From: an uncultured Actinomycetota bacterium
GTDB lineage: Bacteria > Actinomycetota > Actinomycetes > Streptosporangiales > Streptosporangiaceae
Direction: 5' to 3'
DNA: 64,000 bases
NCBI GenBank assembly: GCA_963743085.1
Contig: CAVUOU010000034.1
Location: 3,679 to 67,678 of the forward strand
Shown here: positions 1 to 9,608 of the stretch, piece by piece
Numbering within the stretch: the first letter of the stretch is position 1
Layout: every line of letters begins with the position of its first letter
Position numbers and translations under genes: made by a program
The notes under the pieces: model-generated
Databases searched by the model: none
Seen by the model: only the letters and a program-made list of their open reading frames with translations
What the model was told of the DNA's origin: nothing

Positions 1-377
1 GACGACGGGTGACAGCATGCCGAGACACAGCACGGCTAGGACGTATCCGGTCCATGGGGCTGGCGGGTGCGCCTTGAAGTAGAGGACCAGCAGTCCGAGG
101 GCCACAAGGAGACTCAGGGTCTTCACCGTCGCGTTTGGATTGGCGATGCCGTGCCGGATCACGGTCTCGACTGCGCCCGGCACGCCACCGCCGAACGATC
201 CGGACTGCCATCCCGCGCGTTGCGCGAAGAACCACTCGAAAGGCGAGCCGGCATGGATCCACAAATAGGAGAAAAAGATGCCCACACCAAGCGGGGCGAG
301 CAGCGGCGCGAAAAGCGACCGCCACTCGCGACGTGCGCGAATAGCGGCCATCGACGCCACGACACACGGCATCCACC

Positions 378-960
378 TCAATGCGGCGTTGCGCGCGCAT
401 GCGTTGTACAAGCGGGACGTGGAATACATCGTGCGGCGGCGGCGAGGTCATCATCGTCGATGAGTTCACCGGTCGCACCATGCCGGGACGACGCTGGTCG
501 GATGGGCTGCACCAGGCGGTGGAGGCCAAGGAGGGGTGCGGGTCCGCGGAGAAGACTCAACCGTCGCCTCGATCACCTTCCAGAATTACTTCAGGCTGTA
601 CTCGAAGCTCTCGGGCATGACCGGTACCGCCGATACCGAGGCGTTCGAGTTCCAGGAGATCTACGGTTTGGAAGTCGCCGTGATTCCGACGCACAAGCCG
701 ATGATCCGCAAGGATCACTCGGATCTCGTGTTCCTGTCGGAGAGTGACAAATTCCAGGCCATCCTCGAGGACATCCAGGATTGCGTGAAGCGCGGGCAGC
801 CCGCACTGGTCGGCACCACCTGATCGAGACCTCGGAGCGGCTGGCGAAGCTCCTGGTCGGAGCCAATATTCCGCACGAGGTTTTGAACGCCAAGCAGCAC
901 GAGCGCGAGGCGCACATCGTGGCCGACGCGCGCCCGCCTGCGTTCGGGACCGCGAACTCG
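378..960 (+). pseudogene. secA-derived fragment (motor-domain segment), multiply frameshifted
   Basis: Three overlapping + frames (381..620, 536..823, 781..~930) carry consecutive SecA-like segments: [29 protein letters not shown], then [50 protein letters not shown], then [45 protein letters not shown]. Only about 180 aa of a roughly 950-aa protein is present. Confidence 0.6.
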
Positions 961-2131
961 GATGAACTATGTGTCTACGTTCCGTTCTGGTCGCTGGAGG
1001 AACTGGCTGAACGCCGCGGCACCGATGCCGCCGAGGTTCTTGGCTGGCTCGGTGGGTGCGCGGTGGTCACCGCGGCCGGACACCATCGAGAAGTGATCGC
1101 GGGCCGGTACGCCCGTCTCGTCGCCTCCGGTGAGGTACCGGACCTGCTGGCGGGTGCACTGGAGGGCGGCACCGGTGAGGCGATGCTGGGCAGCCCAACC
1201 GAGATACAGGTCGAGAGCGACGGCTGGGACCCGGTCGGCTTGGGCGCGATCACCGATATCGTTCAGCAGGCCTACGGCCCAGTCGCATATGACCGTTCGC
1301 TGGTCGAACTGACGACGCTTCCGGCGCCGCGTCAGGGCTGCCCGGCCTGTGCGGGGAGACGATTCAATTTTCCCGCTGACCTCAACGAACAAGCGGCGTA
1401 CATGTGCGACCCGCACCAGAAGGAGGCACAACGGGTCACACGACAACGCACGGTGCGCGCCGAGCAGAGCAACCGCCGAGGGTGGAACGCGATAACCGAC
1501 GCGTGCATACGGCTGCAACGGCCAATACTGCCGTCCGGACTGGCTCCGAAGATCCGCGCCCAGATTGACAAGCCCGGACCGGAACTGCTCCGATTGCTCG
1601 TCCAGGCCAAAGAAGTTCCCCGGCCAGCCAGAGGACTTCTATGCCGCCATCGGCGAGAAATCCGTTCGTGTCGGTCGCCCGCCACGCTGGCTGGAGACGC
1701 TCGTGCGCGACCTGGCATCCGCGAATCTGTTTGCGGAGGCGCTCGCCGCGGCGGAGGCTCTGGCGGACTTCGAGCCGCTGTGGTCGGAACACTGGTACGA
1801 CGATCTCCTGGCAGCGCTCCCCGCTGCCGTGCCCACTGAGGCGATCGATGAGGACCGGGTGAGGTTCCAGGCCCAATTCGTCACGGATCTCTGCCCGGGG
1901 AATCCCTCGGTCCAGATGCACGCGGGTGACGTCTACGAGGCTCTCGGCGAGCGCGAAAACGCGCTTGAGGCCTACCAGGAGGCCAGGTCGCTAGCGGTCG
2001 CGCAAGGCGACTTCGAGATCCGCCGGGCTGTGACATTCCGCATCGCGGACCTGACGGGTGATGGGGCGCCCACACAACAGGTCATCCGGGTTCAGCGCAG
2101 GGTCCAGCCTCGCCGTAAGCGTCGCCACTGA
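960..2131 (+). pseudogene. hypothetical protein continuing from the secA fragment, frameshifted near 1600 (Cys-rich CPACAG..C..C segment)
   Basis: ORF 781..1839 continues in another frame as 1565..2131. Both halves are coding-like, and the frame switches around 1565-1840. No family recognised. Confidence 0.25.
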
Positions 2132-2186
2132 CGGGTTAGGAGCCTCGGCTCAGGGGGTCTGAAACGACGATCAGCCTGCGTCGTTG

Positions 2187-3899
2187 CTAGATCAGGTAGC
2201 GGGTGGGGTGGACACTGCGGGTTCTTCCTGATGGTCCGGTCCATCGGGTTTCGCGAGGTGCGGTCTTCACTACCGTCCACTCTTTTTGCTGCTTGAGCCG
2301 GTGGCAGTGCCGGTGTCCGGGGTCGAGGTTCCCTTCGCTGGTGTGTCCTCCGTCCTCCCACGGGATCGGTGTTCCATGTCGCAGGTGACGGCGGCGGCAT
2401 CGCATCCGGGTGTCGCGCAGGTGGTGTTCCGTGCTTCGATCAGGTGCCGCAGTGCTGCGACTGGGATCGTGTCGCGGTTCGCCGTGCCCGTCGTCGGTCG
2501 CTGGCGTTCCGGCGATGCGCTCCATCTTGAGGTTCAGGCTGGCCACGAACTCGGTGACCCCTGACTCTGGCGGTGTCTGCTGGCCCGGGTTGCTCGCCAC
2601 CCGGCGGTCCGGTCCCCGGTGGTCCCGTCCCCGGCGGCCCGGTTCCTGGCGGGGGCCACCGGTGCTGGCCCCTGGCGCACCCGTGGGCGACGGCTTCGCC
2701 GGTGCGGGGATCGACTTCGGTGACGCACCATCTGGCTGGCCGGGTTGGCCGTGCCGGCGGTGATCAGGTCCCGCGCGACCGCCCCGGTGATGTGGCCCCA
2801 GCCGGGAATCCAGCCGGGGGCGTCCTGCTTCGGGTCGAGGGTTCCGGCGGTGATCACCAGGTTGATGGTCACTACCGGGCTGCCCGGCACCGGCGGCTCC
2901 GTGCCCCGCTCCGTACTCGAAATCCCCGAATCCCCAGGGGTTGAAGTAGGTTGCCTCCTCATCTTCGGCTTGCTCGGCGGGGTCCTGGTCGGCTGGGGTG
3001 ATGCCGTCCCACGCGCCGCTCGGCTGCCGGGCCGGGCCGGTGAAGGCGGGGGCGGCGCCGCCGGTGACCGGGTGCCGGCCTAGCGCCAGTGCCGCCAGTG
3101 CGTCGGCTCGCAGATTGTCGAGGGTTCCGTTGATCCCGGCGGCTCGCATGATCCTCGCCCAGCCGGTGAGCGCCTGCTTGATGCCCATCGCGACTGCGAC
3201 CGACAGTTCCCGGGCCGTCATCAGCGCGTTGCCTGATTGTTCGGGCGCGAACTCCACCCGGCGGCCCTTGGCTGCCTTCTTCCTCCGTTCTTCCGCCTGC
3301 GCTGGATCGAGCAAAAGGACAATGCGTCGGCACATCGCCCGCAGCGATCCCGGGGTCCGGCCTGCTGCGTCTTTGGCGATCAGTTCGTCGGCCTTGCTGA
3401 GGAGCGATGGGTCCAGCAGCGCGGTTTCCTCGGCGATGATGCGCTGGCGGTAGTCGGTCAGTGCGCCGTCGTGGGCGAGTCGCATGCATTGCGGCATCCG
3501 GTCCAGGGTGACCGAGCGGTTCAGGTTCCCCTTCGCCGCCATGCCCGACAGCCGGATCTCCTGTGCGTAATCGTCGGCCCCGAACTCCGGTATCACCTCC
3601 TGCCCGCGTTGCGGATCCCACTCCAGGTTCCTTTTCGCGTACTCGGCGGCGAGGGTGTTCGCGGCCCACGCCGCGTGCCCGGCGACCCGTTCCGCCGCAT
3701 TGATCGCGCCCAGCAGTTCGTTGTCGCTGAGCCCGGACAGGTCACCCTCAGCGGTCACCGACACCGCCAGGCCCAGCACCGGTCCGCCCGGCTGGCCATC
3801 CAGCGCCCGGCCCTGCGCGAACTGCCGCTCGGCCGGCTCGGCGACCTGAAATCCCTCCTCCCGCTCCGCATCCCAGAACTCGTCCGGATACGCCGCCAT
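2187..3899 (-). CDS. DUF222 / REP13E12-family HNH endonuclease-like protein, probably degenerate
   Basis: N-terminus resembles DUF222 (LSDNELLGAINAAERVAGHAAWAANTLAAEYAKR). The C-terminus has a degenerate HNH-like stretch (CRRRHLRHGTPIPWEDGGHTSEGNLDPGHRHCHRLKQQKEW). The middle is a long Pro/Gly/Arg-rich low-complexity tract, and the antisense frame carries PGGPV repeats. It is a paralog of 20235..21749. Confidence 0.55.
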   Translation of the reverse strand: MAAYPDEFWDAEREEGFQVAEPAERQFAQGRALDGQPGGPVLGLAVSVTAEGDLSGLSDNELLGAINAAERVAGHAAWAANTLAAEYAKRNLEWDPQRGQEVIPEFGADDYAQEIRLSGMAAKGNLNRSVTLDRMPQCMRLAHDGALTDYRQRIIAEETALLDPSLLSKADELIAKDAAGRTPGSLRAMCRRIVLLLDPAQAEERRKKAAKGRRVEFAPEQSGNALMTARELSVAVAMGIKQALTGWARIMRAAGINGTLDNLRADALAALALGRHPVTGGAAPAFTGPARQPSGAWDGITPADQDPAEQAEDEEATYFNPWGFGDFEYGAGHGAAGAGQPGSDHQPGDHRRNPRPEAGRPRLDSRLGPHHRGGRAGPDHRRHGQPGQPDGASPKSIPAPAKPSPTGAPGASTGGPRQEPGRRGRDHRGPDRRVASNPGQQTPPESGVTEFVASLNLKMERIAGTPATDDGHGEPRHDPSRSTAAPDRSTEHHLRDTRMRCRRRHLRHGTPIPWEDGGHTSEGNLDPGHRHCHRLKQQKEWTVVKTAPRETRWTGPSGRTRSVHPTRYLI

Positions 3900-4159
3900 C
3901 GGCTCTTAGTCGAGATCTTCGATGTAGTTCATTTCTTCTCACCTCCTTCCCGTCGAACTATCTGAATCATACATCTGTTCGAATGTCATCATCAAGAGTT
4001 CAGGAATAAATTTCGAAATAAGTTTCAATGAATTTGTCCGGTATGTGCGGCTCGGGTGAACGCCGTACCTCTCCGGTGCAACTGGTTGCCAGGTAGGCGA
4101 ATTAGATCAGGCCGGTGGAATCGTACATACGTCGATAGTGGTCGTCTATACTCACCTGC

Positions 4160-4681
4160 ATGCCAGTCCCGGAGGAGCCGGAAGAATCCCGGCAGTACAT
4201 GCGTCTAGCGAACCTGCTCCGCTCCCAGATCAACGACGGCACCTTGCGTGCAGGTACGCCAGCACCTTCCCTGACGTCGCTATCGGAGCGGTACGGCATC
4301 GCGCGAGGCACAGCACGCAAGGCCATTCGCCTCCTTGAGAGCGAAGGGCTACTGCGCCGGATGCCCGGCCTCGCCTACTGCGTCACAAAACAGGCCCCGC
4401 TGGGCCGTAGCTCGCCCAGTGCCGAAAGCATGTTGGAGAGCGAATGCCGACTCTGGTGTAAGGGCGTCAGACGGAACACCGAAGACGACGCCGGCCTGCT
4501 AGCTGACGTTCCCTCGCGCATCTTGCGGCGCGTGCGCCACGTCGTGTCTAACGATTTGCTTGAGGATCCGTTCCGCGGGCTGCTCGGGGAACCGATCTTC
4601 ACTCGGCTCTGTTGCCTTCATGCGACGGTCAGCGGTGAGCTGACCCGCCGGGATTTCGCGACCAAACGGGCGGCAAGGTAG
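4160..4681 (+). CDS. GntR-type winged-helix transcriptional regulator-like protein
   Basis: The N-terminal stretch PSLTSLSERYGIARGTARKAIRLLESEGLLRR matches the GntR wHTH pattern. The C-terminal part is not recognised. Confidence 0.45.
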   Translation: MPVPEEPEESRQYMRLANLLRSQINDGTLRAGTPAPSLTSLSERYGIARGTARKAIRLLESEGLLRRMPGLAYCVTKQAPLGRSSPSAESMLESECRLWCKGVRRNTEDDAGLLADVPSRILRRVRHVVSNDLLEDPFRGLLGEPIFTRLCCLHATVSGELTRRDFATKRAAR

Positions 4682-4729
4682 GGCTGCGGCTCGGGCGAGC
4701 GTTGAAAGCCGCGTCAGTGCCCGCCCGGA

Positions 4730-5260
4730 CTAGGCACATGCGCCTTCGAGCGTGTTGCCACCGATGTTCAGCACGACCGTTTTCGGGGTCACATCGCCGT
4801 ATGCGCAGACTGCCGGTCGGGTGTTAAGGGGTTCATATCCGCCGAAAAGTACGGTGTCCCGACCGAGATTGACAACCAGTCCGCTGTTCCACATACCTGC
4901 CGCGAGCAGTGCTGACCGCACGGCGGTGACCTGCAGCCGCTGCGACGGATCGAGCCGCTGAAGTGCCTGCCGGATTCGTGTGGTGACCGGGGCGGCCTCG
5001 GCGGCCACCGAGGCCGGCAGAGATTTGCGCTCGTTGAACATCTCGTTGGATTGCTGGTACTGCTGTACTCCGACCGACACACAAGGATTTGGCGGCGTGA
5101 CGTTCGCGGCCGCCTCGGGGCACAGCGGAGGAGGCGCGACCTTACTGCTAGCGGTGGCAGACGCAGACGCCGTAGTAGTACCAGGGACCGCGCACCCCGG
5201 CAGCAGGGCGATAAGGGAGATGCCGCACCCCGCCAGAAGCAGCCTGCCGCGCCCGTTCAT
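4730..5260 (-). CDS. putative lipoprotein
   Basis: MNGRGRLLLAGCGISLIALLPGCA is a signal peptide with a lipobox Cys. Ser/Ala/Pro-rich linker. No catalytic motif. Confidence 0.45.
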   Translation of the reverse strand: MNGRGRLLLAGCGISLIALLPGCAVPGTTTASASATASSKVAPPPLCPEAAANVTPPNPCVSVGVQQYQQSNEMFNERKSLPASVAAEAAPVTTRIRQALQRLDPSQRLQVTAVRSALLAAGMWNSGLVVNLGRDTVLFGGYEPLNTRPAVCAYGDVTPKTVVLNIGGNTLEGACA

Positions 5261-5412
5261 CTCGCCGCCTCCCCGTCGATGACACAAACGGTACATCCCG
5301 CCGAATCCAGGCGAAGCTGGTTCGGCGTCGGACGAGTCGTCGGCTGACTCGAAGGCTCGCTGAGGCGGCCTGCATCAGCGAGCTACCGGTTCCTCCTGGA
5401 CCTGACTGCCGA

Positions 5413-7173
5413 CTACGACCAGCCCGCGCCGACCTTGAACGTTATGGTCTGCGTGAGCAGGAGGCCGGTAATCGTCACCGTGTACGTGCCGTCAGCCATT
5501 CCGTCCGTGTCGATTTTGGCGGTGACCCTACCGTTGCCATCCGGTCCGGTCACCGCAAGCGATGAGTCCGTCCCGGGTCCGGCGATGGTGGCCGTCACGT
5601 CGTCCCAGGTCTGTCCGGGCACCGTTGAGTTCGGGTTAGCATACGGGCCGCTCGTCACCCCGTACTGGCCGGGAAGCGGCGGGTACACGCCGAATCCGTC
5701 CAGAATCGTCGTCCCGTTCGGGGTCCGGCCGGGGATGAACCCGTTCCCGGTGATCGTGATGGTATGACCGCTAACCGCCTCGCGGATGTTGGACTGCAAC
5801 CGGTTCAGCGCCTGCTGCGCTAGTCGGCGAGGCTGGGACGGTCCGTGCTGCCTGTCGATCTGCCTGACCAGCGCGGGCACGAAAGCCGGCGCGTAGATGG
5901 TGCCCCAGCCCGACGCGATGTCGTAGCCAGGCCCGGTCGAATAACCGGTGACGCCGTACGCGCTGTCCGTATAGCCGGCGGGCACATCGATGATGCCGGC
6001 CGCCGCGCCACGCGGTCCGATCGCCGCCAGAGCAGGATTGATCGTGCCCAGATCGGCACCGCGTAGCTGGGTGGCCAGCGCGAGGATGCCCGCGAAGGTG
6101 GGCGACGCCTGCGAGGTGCCGTCGGAAGCATCCATCGAGATGTCGGGGAAGGCCCGGCCGGTGACGTCACGCAATGCCGGGATGTCCCGCTGCCAGTACG
6201 GCTTCGGGTAGATGGTGGATATCCCGGCGCTCGCCGCGTCAGAGTCGTCGTTCGGCGCGGTCCACAGCCCATCAGGGGCGGTACGCCCGGACTCGGTGGC
6301 GAGGCCAGCGTTGGGGATGGTGCCACCAACGGCGGTTACCCATGGGCTGTCGACCGGGTGACCCGCGGTGAGACCGATCGTCGGCGTGCACTGGCCGGTG
6401 TCGCCGAGGACCGTTGGATTGGTCGGGCCGCAGTCGCCGGCCGCGAACGACACCGGAATGTTGTGCGCGGCGGCGTCAATGAATGCGGGATCCAGCGAAT
6501 GGATGGCCGCCTGCTGGGTGGCGGACGGATTCGTCGGGTCGTCGATGAAGTCGTTCTCTCCGTCAGCCAGGCTCACCGTGATGACGTCGGCCAGGTGCTT
6601 GTTCGCGATCATCTCAATGGCCTGGGCCACCTGTGGCCAGCCCTGCATGCCAACGGTTTCGGGCACCGGAGGATAGACGAAGATAATGTTCGCGTAGGGC
6701 GCCATCGAGTGGATGGCCTCCGCGTCGAGCTGGTCTTCGCCGGTGCTGCACTCGACCTGGCACGTGGTGGAGGGGTTGGATGGCGCCGGGTACGCCATCT
6801 CAGTGATGTTCGCCGGTGGCAAGTCCATCGCCGTGTCGTAAGACGCCATCGACGCGGCCAGGTCAGGGTCCGGATTGGTGACGATGTACGCCACGGTCAC
6901 GCCGGCGCCGTCGATCCCCTTCTTCCACAGGTCGTTAACGCCGTAGTCGATGATGTCTTCCTGCGCCGTTGGATCCGGATAGCGCAGCCTGAGCGACTTA
7001 CCGGCAGCGATCTTCGCCTCGATCGCGTTGTACGTCGCCGTCGTTGCCGCGATGCGTTGCGCGGGAGGCGGGACGCTCTGGCTCTGGCCTGATGATGTCA
7101 TGGCCATTGCTGACGCCGGACTGATGAACAGGAGGCTGGCCGCGCCAGCGATGAGAAGGGGCCTACGGACCAT
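5413..7173 (-). CDS. secreted S53-family (sedolisin/kumamolisin-like) serine peptidase with C-terminal beta-rich extension
   Basis: N-terminal signal peptide (LLIAGAASLLFISPASA). Pro-domain plus IDYGVNDLWKKGIDGAGVTVAYIV. Nucleophile motif SDGTSQASPTFAGILALATQ. 586 aa. Confidence 0.7.
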   Translation of the reverse strand: MVRRPLLIAGAASLLFISPASAMAMTSSGQSQSVPPPAQRIAATTATYNAIEAKIAAGKSLRLRYPDPTAQEDIIDYGVNDLWKKGIDGAGVTVAYIVTNPDPDLAASMASYDTAMDLPPANITEMAYPAPSNPSTTCQVECSTGEDQLDAEAIHSMAPYANIIFVYPPVPETVGMQGWPQVAQAIEMIANKHLADVITVSLADGENDFIDDPTNPSATQQAAIHSLDPAFIDAAAHNIPVSFAAGDCGPTNPTVLGDTGQCTPTIGLTAGHPVDSPWVTAVGGTIPNAGLATESGRTAPDGLWTAPNDDSDAASAGISTIYPKPYWQRDIPALRDVTGRAFPDISMDASDGTSQASPTFAGILALATQLRGADLGTINPALAAIGPRGAAAGIIDVPAGYTDSAYGVTGYSTGPGYDIASGWGTIYAPAFVPALVRQIDRQHGPSQPRRLAQQALNRLQSNIREAVSGHTITITGNGFIPGRTPNGTTILDGFGVYPPLPGQYGVTSGPYANPNSTVPGQTWDDVTATIAGPGTDSSLAVTGPDGNGRVTAKIDTDGMADGTYTVTITGLLLTQTITFKVGAGWS

Positions 7174-7289
7174 GTGAGGGCCTCCAGGAGACGCCTTGCG
7201 ACTCTTGCCTTATCCGTCTAGCAAATCACTACATTCGGCAAATGAACACCTACGGGCGGAGTGGTGAACCGGGTGGTTAGGCTTCGCGG

Positions 7290-7487
7290 GTGGAAGGCAT
7301 CGACACCAGCGTTCCGAACATCGCGAGGGTCTACGACTGCCTGCTGGGTGGCAAGGACCACTTCGCGGTTGACCGAGTGCAGGCCGCCAAGTTGATCGAG
7401 TTCGATCCGTCGCTGCTGGGGTTACGGCGCTATGGGGTGACTAAGAGTTTATGCGCTGCGCGGCGGGAGATCCGCAGCACTTCTTGA
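7290..7487 (+). pseudogene. N-terminal stub of a DUF574-type SAM-dependent methyltransferase
   Basis: IDTSVPNIARVYDCLLGGKDHFAVDRVQAAKLIEFDP matches the conserved N-terminus of actinobacterial DUF574 methyltransferases (about 270 aa). Similarity is lost after about 47 aa, at the 3' end of the SEC-C gene. Confidence 0.55.
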
Positions 7488-8568
7488 ACTTGGTTCCGCT
7501 GCCGCAGGGACACGGTTCGTTGCGTCCTACCTTCCTGCTCACGACCGGGACCGGGTCTCGGAGTTGGCTGGCCTTCCGCTCCCATTCGCGAGCGTCGGCA
7601 ACCTTGCCCATGTCCTCGTATAGGTAACGGAACCTGTCGGCGATATCGGCACGGTCGCGCACGCCAGGGACTGAGTAGCCGCGCCGCAGCAGTTCCTCTG
7701 CCCGGCCCGGGTCCTCCGGGCTTTCTTTGAGCAAGCCGCCATAACAATCAGACCACCCGATCCAGCCCCATCCCCATCGCGGGTCGGCGGTCAGCCACGC
7801 GTCAAAGTGCTCGTCTGCCTTGCCCGGCCCGTCTGTCACGAAGTACGTCTCGGCAAGCGCGCGGCGAAGATTCTCGGTGAGCAACTGGTCCTCGTCGGCG
7901 AACCTGCGCAAGGCCTCCTCGCAGAGAGCGATCCGTTCGGTTAGGAACTCGGGCTTCTGCAGGCCCGCGTTCCATAGCTCTGATTCGATGTCGTTGAGCC
8001 AGTTGAACAGCGACTGAGTGAGCGGGAAGCGGTTATCAAAGCGTTCGATGGAGGTGATACACGCGGCGTCGCACAGAGCCAGGATGCTGCGCCACGCGTC
8101 GAGCCAGACGGTCATGCACGCGGTCAGATCCTTGCGCTCATGGTGCTTGTAGCCCGCCTGCATCTTGTCGTCGAGCAACTCCATGCAGACCTTGTCCGGC
8201 CACCAGCGCTCCCAGAGCGCGAGGACGCAGAGCCATATCCAGTCACCCTGCTGACCGCCGTCCGGGTTGCGTGAATCCCAGTTGTCCAGGAGCGGCTTGG
8301 CGGCATCCTCTGCCGACAGCGCGGTCGCGCAGAGATCCGTGAGCGCCTGGCGGTCCAGTTCGAATCCCAGGCCGCGCAGCTTGCCGAGCAGTTCGTCATC
8401 GCTCAGTTCTGCCGTACCCGACCGCATCGGCCTATCGTCGGCCTCAAGCGAGCGGCGCAACGACTCGTCTCGAGCCGCTTCCTCTTGGAGCATACGGTCG
8501 AGGGTCACCCACGACAGGTTCATGGCGCTCCTAGCTATGAGGCCTGGAAGATCTCGTCCATGTGCCAT
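7441..8568 (-). CDS. SEC-C motif domain protein (helical, Trp-rich; C-terminal [14 protein letters not shown] zinc-binding motif)
   Basis: The C-terminal [18 protein letters not shown] is the SecA-C-terminus-type metal-binding motif. Overlaps the upstream HNH gene by 34 nt, so operonic. Confidence 0.55.
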   Translation of the reverse strand: MAHGRDLPGLIARSAMNLSWVTLDRMLQEEAARDESLRRSLEADDRPMRSGTAELSDDELLGKLRGLGFELDRQALTDLCATALSAEDAAKPLLDNWDSRNPDGGQQGDWIWLCVLALWERWWPDKVCMELLDDKMQAGYKHHERKDLTACMTVWLDAWRSILALCDAACITSIERFDNRFPLTQSLFNWLNDIESELWNAGLQKPEFLTERIALCEEALRRFADEDQLLTENLRRALAETYFVTDGPGKADEHFDAWLTADPRWGWGWIGWSDCYGGLLKESPEDPGRAEELLRRGYSVPGVRDRADIADRFRYLYEDMGKVADAREWERKASQLRDPVPVVSRKVGRNEPCPCGSGTKFKKCCGSPAAQRINS

Positions 8569-9560
8569 TGCAGGAACTCAGGGTTGGGCCGCTGGTCCCG
8601 GCGTTCCGGCAGTGCGATGACTTCACCTTGCTGCGCATAGTACCTGTCACCGTTCCCGTACACCTCGCGCAGCAGCGGGCTGACTCGGAGCCGGTACTGC
8701 GGATCGACGCCAAGGAACCCGCGATCGAACATAGTGTGCACATCGGATCGGAGCAGAAGCCCGTTGTCAATCCGGTGCTCGCCATGCCGCTCGACGGGAA
8801 CGATGTGTGCCGCCTGCAGCACCGGCCAGACTTTCGCCTCAGTGATCGCGCAACGCCGGTGATAGGCATTGAACACCGCTGCCCGGAAGCCGCCTTGCCC
8901 GAGCCGTTCCTGGCGCAGCCGCAGGTCGCTGAACATCGGCCCACTGTGCCGCCACTCCGGACTGCTGAGGTCGATCTCCACCGCCAGGTCGAGGACTTGC
9001 GCGGTGATCAGGTCGAAGTATCCGCCGTATCGTGGGGCATCGATGTCGTACGCCTTGCCCTGCATGATGCCCGGTGCCCACTCCGGCGGCGGTCCGGCGG
9101 TGTCGTGCCGATCGAAGAACCGCACGTCCCGCAGCAGAACGCAGCCGATCTCCGGATCGTCGCGTGGCCCCAGCGTGGCGTGCGCGCCGATCAGACGCCG
9201 TAGCTCGTCCAAAGTGGCGGCGCCGTTGCCAGGGCCGTACACCTCCCACGCGGCGGACAGCGGGAGAAGTTCCCAGTCGGCGAAAATGCCGCCGCCGACC
9301 ACGCGGTTGCCAACCGCCGCCTTGAGCTTGAAAAAGAAGAGGTCACCGGACTGGATCGCGCCGAAGCGCTTGCGGTCCCGTGGCCGCCAGAAGTTGACCT
9401 CGGTGAGTTCGGGGCGTGCGGACAGGAACTCGTACCATTCGAGGTCGGTTACCCCGACGTATCCCCGCACAGTCGTATTTTGCACTGGTGGCATGAAGCT
9501 GCGGGTGACATCGGCGCAAGTGCCTACCGTACTCGGCGCAGCGCCGCGAGGTGCGCTCAC
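8535..9560 (-). CDS. HNH_2-type endonuclease with N-terminal PUA-like (EVE-like) putative modified-DNA reader domain; Type IV restriction candidate
   Basis: C-terminal [61 protein letters not shown] fits the PF13391-like HNH pattern. N-terminal about 190 aa ([34 protein letters not shown]) resembles PUA-superfamily readers fused to HNH in modification-dependent REases. Confidence 0.55.
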   Translation of the reverse strand: MSAPRGAAPSTVGTCADVTRSFMPPVQNTTVRGYVGVTDLEWYEFLSARPELTEVNFWRPRDRKRFGAIQSGDLFFFKLKAAVGNRVVGGGIFADWELLPLSAAWEVYGPGNGAATLDELRRLIGAHATLGPRDDPEIGCVLLRDVRFFDRHDTAGPPPEWAPGIMQGKAYDIDAPRYGGYFDLITAQVLDLAVEIDLSSPEWRHSGPMFSDLRLRQERLGQGGFRAAVFNAYHRRCAITEAKVWPVLQAAHIVPVERHGEHRIDNGLLLRSDVHTMFDRGFLGVDPQYRLRVSPLLREVYGNGDRYYAQQGEVIALPERRDQRPNPEFLQWHMDEIFQAS

Positions 9561-9608
9561 CGCCGTTCTCTGTAAAGACTTTCATTCCCATAACGACGGT
9601 TACCGATC

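Noticed and set aside
2573-2944. PGGPVPGGPV repeat ORF
   Set aside because: Antisense to the low-complexity tract of the DUF222 gene. Not an independent feature.
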